This document shows, piece after piece, positions 60,220 to 64,000 of a DNA stretch of 64,000 bases (within the stretch, counting starts at the first letter, position 1; the number at the start of each line of letters is the position of its first letter). The notes below the pieces were generated by a model. That model saw only the letters and a list, made by a program, of their open reading frames with translations, had not been told where the DNA came from and made no database searches. Position numbers and translations under genes: made by a program. Source of the DNA: Candidatus Heimdallarchaeota archaeon (GTDB taxonomy: Archaea > Asgardarchaeota > Heimdallarchaeia > JABLTI01). The DNA lies in NCBI GenBank assembly GCA_019058275.1, contig JAHLVW010000108.1:1-64000 (forward strand), read 5' to 3'.

Positions 60220-61494
60220 TTATTTATCAAGTAAATCGTCAACGCTGCTAATAATTAAAGGAACTACTAACTCATCTCTCCCTAAAGAACCATGAGTTGC
60301 ATTTAATCCTAAATTATAAACTTGATCGAAATCACCCGAATGACCAAAAAAGATTGAAGCGTTTTCCCCGAGAATTATCTGAACATCACCAATTCTTTCT
60401 ATGACTTCTAGACTGTCTGCACCCTTCCCCATGAGTTTAGGATATTCTTTTGGTGTAACAACAATTCCTTTATTGCCTATTTTCTCACTGAACCAATCAA
60501 CAACTTCATCATGTTTTCCATCTTGCGAATACAAATGTATTACTCTACCACTTCTACCTCGAGTTTTCAGAAGATCATATAATTCTTCCTCGTCTTCAGA
60601 TGAAACAACAACCTTTTGATCTTCGATTAAATTCTCTTGTCCATGATCAGCCATTATTATCACTGCTGTTTTTGATGCTATTTTTGAATCAAGTCTCTCA
60701 AGCATTTTGAATAGAAGTTGCTCAACATTTTCAACTTCATCTCTAAATACTTGGCTATTAGTTGTATAACGGTGAGATATGGCATCAATGGAACCTATGT
60801 AAATATCCAAGAGTCTTCTAGCTGATGTTGATGTTTCAAGAATTCTTTGAGCAGCAGCAAAACAATCAACATAGCTTGAATAACCCATTGAAATTGGCTT
60901 TTTATAAAGGAGATGGGATAAACCACTGTTAGCAATATGAGCATCTATTAGACCTACATGACTGATACTTGGATCATTGGCAATTGGAAAATCACACCAT
61001 AACCAATTCTTGACATTAATACCAATACTTGGCAAATCAGTAATACTATTTTTTGTTCTTAATGTCAATGTATCAACAACAGTATCGATTTCAGCAAATC
61101 TGATTTTCTGACCAACAATGCCATGATTAATTGGCATTTCACCAAATCGCAAGGAAGCAATACATGTGCTAGTTATTGTTGGAAAAACAGATGAAAGAGT
61201 CAACCCATTCGAATCAAAATTTTTTTTCATCAAATTAGAATAATTCAAAAATTGATCAATACCTAAAGCATCTAGAACAATGAATAAGATATTAGAAATC
61301 TCTTTTTCTTGGAGTTTTCGCCAAGCTTCTTTTTTACTTAGATGGTCTATGAGAACTTTGTTTTTTGGATATTTTCGACCAAATAGAGTTAAAGCTGTAG
61401 GAAGAATCTTTGAAATATTCAAATCCAAATCTGGATAAAAAAGATCAGTTCTACCTTGAATCGGTTTTAAAGGAAAAGATTCTTCAAACAACAT
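60220..61494 (-). CDS. Alkaline-phosphatase superfamily / type I phosphodiesterase-like protein
   Basis: VLDALG, SVFPTIT, DAISH, ADHG, THGSL...VPL. Confidence 0.85.
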   Translation of the reverse strand: MLFEESFPLKPIQGRTDLFYPDLDLNISKILPTALTLFGRKYPKNKVLIDHLSKKEAWRKLQEKEISNILFIVLDALGIDQFLNYSNLMKKNFDSNGLTLSSVFPTITSTCIASLRFGEMPINHGIVGQKIRFAEIDTVVDTLTLRTKNSITDLPSIGINVKNWLWCDFPIANDPSISHVGLIDAHIANSGLSHLLYKKPISMGYSSYVDCFAAAQRILETSTSARRLLDIYIGSIDAISHRYTTNSQVFRDEVENVEQLLFKMLERLDSKIASKTAVIIMADHGQENLIEDQKVVVSSEDEEELYDLLKTRGRSGRVIHLYSQDGKHDEVVDWFSEKIGNKGIVVTPKEYPKLMGKGADSLEVIERIGDVQIILGENASIFFGHSGDFDQVYNLGLNATHGSLGRDELVVPLIISSVDDLLDK

Positions 61495-61611
61495 AATTCA
61501 CATCAATAGGCATTAGAATAAAGAATTCATACTCTTTATTCAATTTTTTCCCAAAAATTTGGAATGATTTTCAAATAATCTTTAATAAGCAATATTCTTT
61601 TCTAATACTTC

Positions 61612-63723
61612 ATGTACCAAAAAATTTTCAAGTTAGTATCAAAAGAATTCTCAGGTAAAAGTGCTAAAGAATTGATTGGTGGTATTGCCAACTTTCACCG
61701 AATCCAATCATCACCAGGATTTCGAGCTGCAGCAAAATACAGTCAGGAAAAACTCATGGAGTACAAAATACCCAATGTTAAAACTCATTCATATCCTGCA
61801 AATGGAAATAATACCTTTTGGGGTTCTCCTGTTCCAAAAGAATGGAGTATTGAAAGTGCTTCTTTGGATCTTATAGAACCAAAAGGAAATGAGAAAAGTT
61901 TATGCCGATTTTTTGAGAATCCTTGTTCAGTTATCCAACGATCTAAGACAACACCATCTGAAGGAATTACTGGCGAAGTAATCTTCCTACCTCGAGGATT
62001 AGAAGAAAAGGAAATGAGAAAATACGATCTGAAAGGGAAATTTATCTTAACAGATGATCCTAGCTTAAAGAAGCTAAGGCTTATTGCTGTAGGTAAATTG
62101 GGTGCTGCAGGTATAATTTATGACCTTGTAAGTGAACTTAAACCAATAAGAACAAGAGCTAATTTTCCAACTGCTAGAAGGTATACTTCATTCTGGTATG
62201 GTACTAAGGGAAACGAAGGGGATGCATTAGGTTTTGTCTTATCTGCACAGCAAGGTGATGAATTAAGAAAGCTAATAGCGAAAACTGAAAAGGAAAATGA
62301 GAAGCTGACCAAGGATGGGAAACCAACAAAGCAAGTTAAAGTTCATGCTAAAGTAAAATCCAGTTTTTATAATGGGGAAATGGAGGTTGTTGATTTCTCC
62401 ATTCCTGGGAAAGAAAAGGGGAAAGAAGTACTTGCAGTAGCTCATCTTTGTCATCCTAAACCTAGCGCAGTGGACAATGCTTCTGGTTGTGGAATACTAA
62501 TTGAAACTGCAAGAATCTTAAATGATTTAATTGAAAGTGGAAAACTGGAACGACCAAAAAGAGGAATTAGATTTTTGCTAATGGCGGAATTTACTGGAAC
62601 ATATTGTTATTTAGCGTCAAATGAAGAAAAAATCAAGGAATTTGTTGCAGGGATAAATCTCGACATGGTAGGCGCTGATCAAACTATTGGTGGTGGTCGA
62701 ACATTGATTATGGAGAGAACACACAATGCATGTCCATCTTATGTGAACGATGTCTTAAGTGGCATTTTAGATGAAGCTAGTAGAGAAGTAAGTAATTTCC
62801 AAAATACTGGTGCAACTGCTATGTTCAAATTCGCCAATGATCAACCATTTTCCGGTGGTTCGGATCATATGGTTTTAGGACATCCAGATGTAGGTGTTGG
62901 CACTCCAATGTTTATTCAGTGGCCTGATAGATATTATCATACTGGAGAAGATACAATTGAGAAAGTTTCACCTGAGATAGTTCATTTAATTGGTTCACTT
63001 ACAGCAACATATTGTTATTTCTTAGCTAATGCTGAACTTCCTGAAATATTACGAGTTATTAGAGAAGTTGCAACTAAAGGCAAAGAAAGAATAACTAAAT
63101 TAAGTAGAAAAATAATCGATGAACTATTTACAAATATTGAAGAAAAGAAAGAGAAAGAACAATTAGTTGTGACTACCCTAGAAAGTGTTGATACTAAATT
63201 TAATTTTAGAAAGAACATCGAGCTACAAGCGCTTGATACAGTTAAAGTGTTACTATCTGATAAAAAAGAGATTGCTAAAGCAGAGGAACTAATTGATGAA
63301 ATGAAGAAAGCAATTGGTACATATGTTGAAAACGAAATCAATCAAACAAAGAGTACGATAAAAACTATCTCAGAATCAATGAAAATAAAACCAGAACAAC
63401 TACCAAAGAAAGAAAAAGATAAACATGAATTGCGAGCTGAAAAAACCATTGCTAAAAAGACCATTACAGGACCTCTTTCAAGTTTGAATTTAGGAGATCT
63501 CTTATACAAAGATATGGTCAAAATGAACAAAATATCTGAAGAGTATAAAGGGATGTATCCTGTTATTTCATCCGCACTCTTTTGGATCGATGGAAAACGA
63601 ACAATAGCAGAAGTTGCTAAGCTAGTAGAAAATGATATAGGAAAAACAAGCATTTCATATATTTTGAAAATGTTAGAATTCTACAAAGTGCATGGAATAG
63701 TTGAATTTCTCGAGAAAAAATAG
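61612..63723 (+). CDS. M28-family metallopeptidase (DUF4910-like) with C-terminal winged helix
   Basis: AHLCH, DNASG, NLDMVG, GSDH, YHT.ED, IDGKRTI. Confidence 0.88.
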   Translation: MYQKIFKLVSKEFSGKSAKELIGGIANFHRIQSSPGFRAAAKYSQEKLMEYKIPNVKTHSYPANGNNTFWGSPVPKEWSIESASLDLIEPKGNEKSLCRFFENPCSVIQRSKTTPSEGITGEVIFLPRGLEEKEMRKYDLKGKFILTDDPSLKKLRLIAVGKLGAAGIIYDLVSELKPIRTRANFPTARRYTSFWYGTKGNEGDALGFVLSAQQGDELRKLIAKTEKENEKLTKDGKPTKQVKVHAKVKSSFYNGEMEVVDFSIPGKEKGKEVLAVAHLCHPKPSAVDNASGCGILIETARILNDLIESGKLERPKRGIRFLLMAEFTGTYCYLASNEEKIKEFVAGINLDMVGADQTIGGGRTLIMERTHNACPSYVNDVLSGILDEASREVSNFQNTGATAMFKFANDQPFSGGSDHMVLGHPDVGVGTPMFIQWPDRYYHTGEDTIEKVSPEIVHLIGSLTATYCYFLANAELPEILRVIREVATKGKERITKLSRKIIDELFTNIEEKKEKEQLVVTTLESVDTKFNFRKNIELQALDTVKVLLSDKKEIAKAEELIDEMKKAIGTYVENEINQTKSTIKTISESMKIKPEQLPKKEKDKHELRAEKTIAKKTITGPLSSLNLGDLLYKDMVKMNKISEEYKGMYPVISSALFWIDGKRTIAEVAKLVENDIGKTSISYILKMLEFYKVHGIVEFLEKK

Positions 63724-63746
63724 AAAGTTGGTAGATTTTAGAATTA

Positions 63747-63881
63747 CTACCCACTTGTTGGTTCGAATTCTCCTTCTACTCCAACTGGAGCTACAGTATT
63801 CCTTACAGCAAATCCACCTGCTATTAACATGGAGAGTACCATGATTATGACAGATACTACTTATACATTGAGCTTTCTCAT
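63747..63881 (-). pseudogene. 44-codon signal-peptide mini-gene with internal TAA (63861-63863)
   Basis: MRKLNV*VVSVIIMVLSMLIAGGFAVRNTVAPVGVEGEFEPTSG; ATG lies 2 nt after the stop of a similar upstream mini-ORF. Confidence 0.45.
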
Positions 63882-64000
63882 AGCTATCCGCCACCGCCTG
63901 TTCCAGCATCTCCCTGACCGAAGCCACTTGGGGAGAGTACTTCCTTCACTCCTAACCCTATGAGGAGAGAGAGGACCAACAGTGCTAAAGATACTATTTG

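Noticed and set aside
63673-63927. 84-aa minus-strand track ORF
   Set aside because: Overlaps the peptidase 3' end and is better explained as out-of-frame read-through of two mini-genes.

Overview
AT-rich archaeal chromosomal window, most likely from an Asgard archaeon (inference from roadblock/longin, RING, JAMM, Rab-like, TRAP-alpha-like and CdvA-like proteins alongside archaeal ProRS, uL16/L10e, uL1, P0, Nob1, Alba, Sec61-beta and SMC-ScpA). All product calls come from motifs recognised by eye; no searches were run. Two loci stand out. (1) A decaying ~4 kb island (~24.3-28.4 kb) carries a Cas7-like RAMP gene and a Cas5-like RAMP-HD fusion, with no CRISPR array, cas1 or cas6 in the window. 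Directly after the last stop codon lies a 77-nt predicted cloverleaf structure at the inferred island edge, a candidate guide-RNA scaffold whose guide would come from flanking host DNA. (2) A four-gene operon (9.2-12.8 kb) joins a ParM/StbA-type actin ATPase and a ParR-like ribbon-helix-helix protein to a TPR-like/Zn-ribbon protein and an MglA-type GTPase. Also present: a tRNA-Pro(CGG) with two 29-nt introns (15/16 and 37/38), a roadblock gene next to an NPRL2-like gene, a TnpB pseudogene back-to-back with a LAGLIDADG-HTH pseudogene, a MoxR/DUF58/DUF4129 locus, a probable cobalamin-uptake module, and a tandem pair of decayed signal-peptide mini-genes at the right edge.
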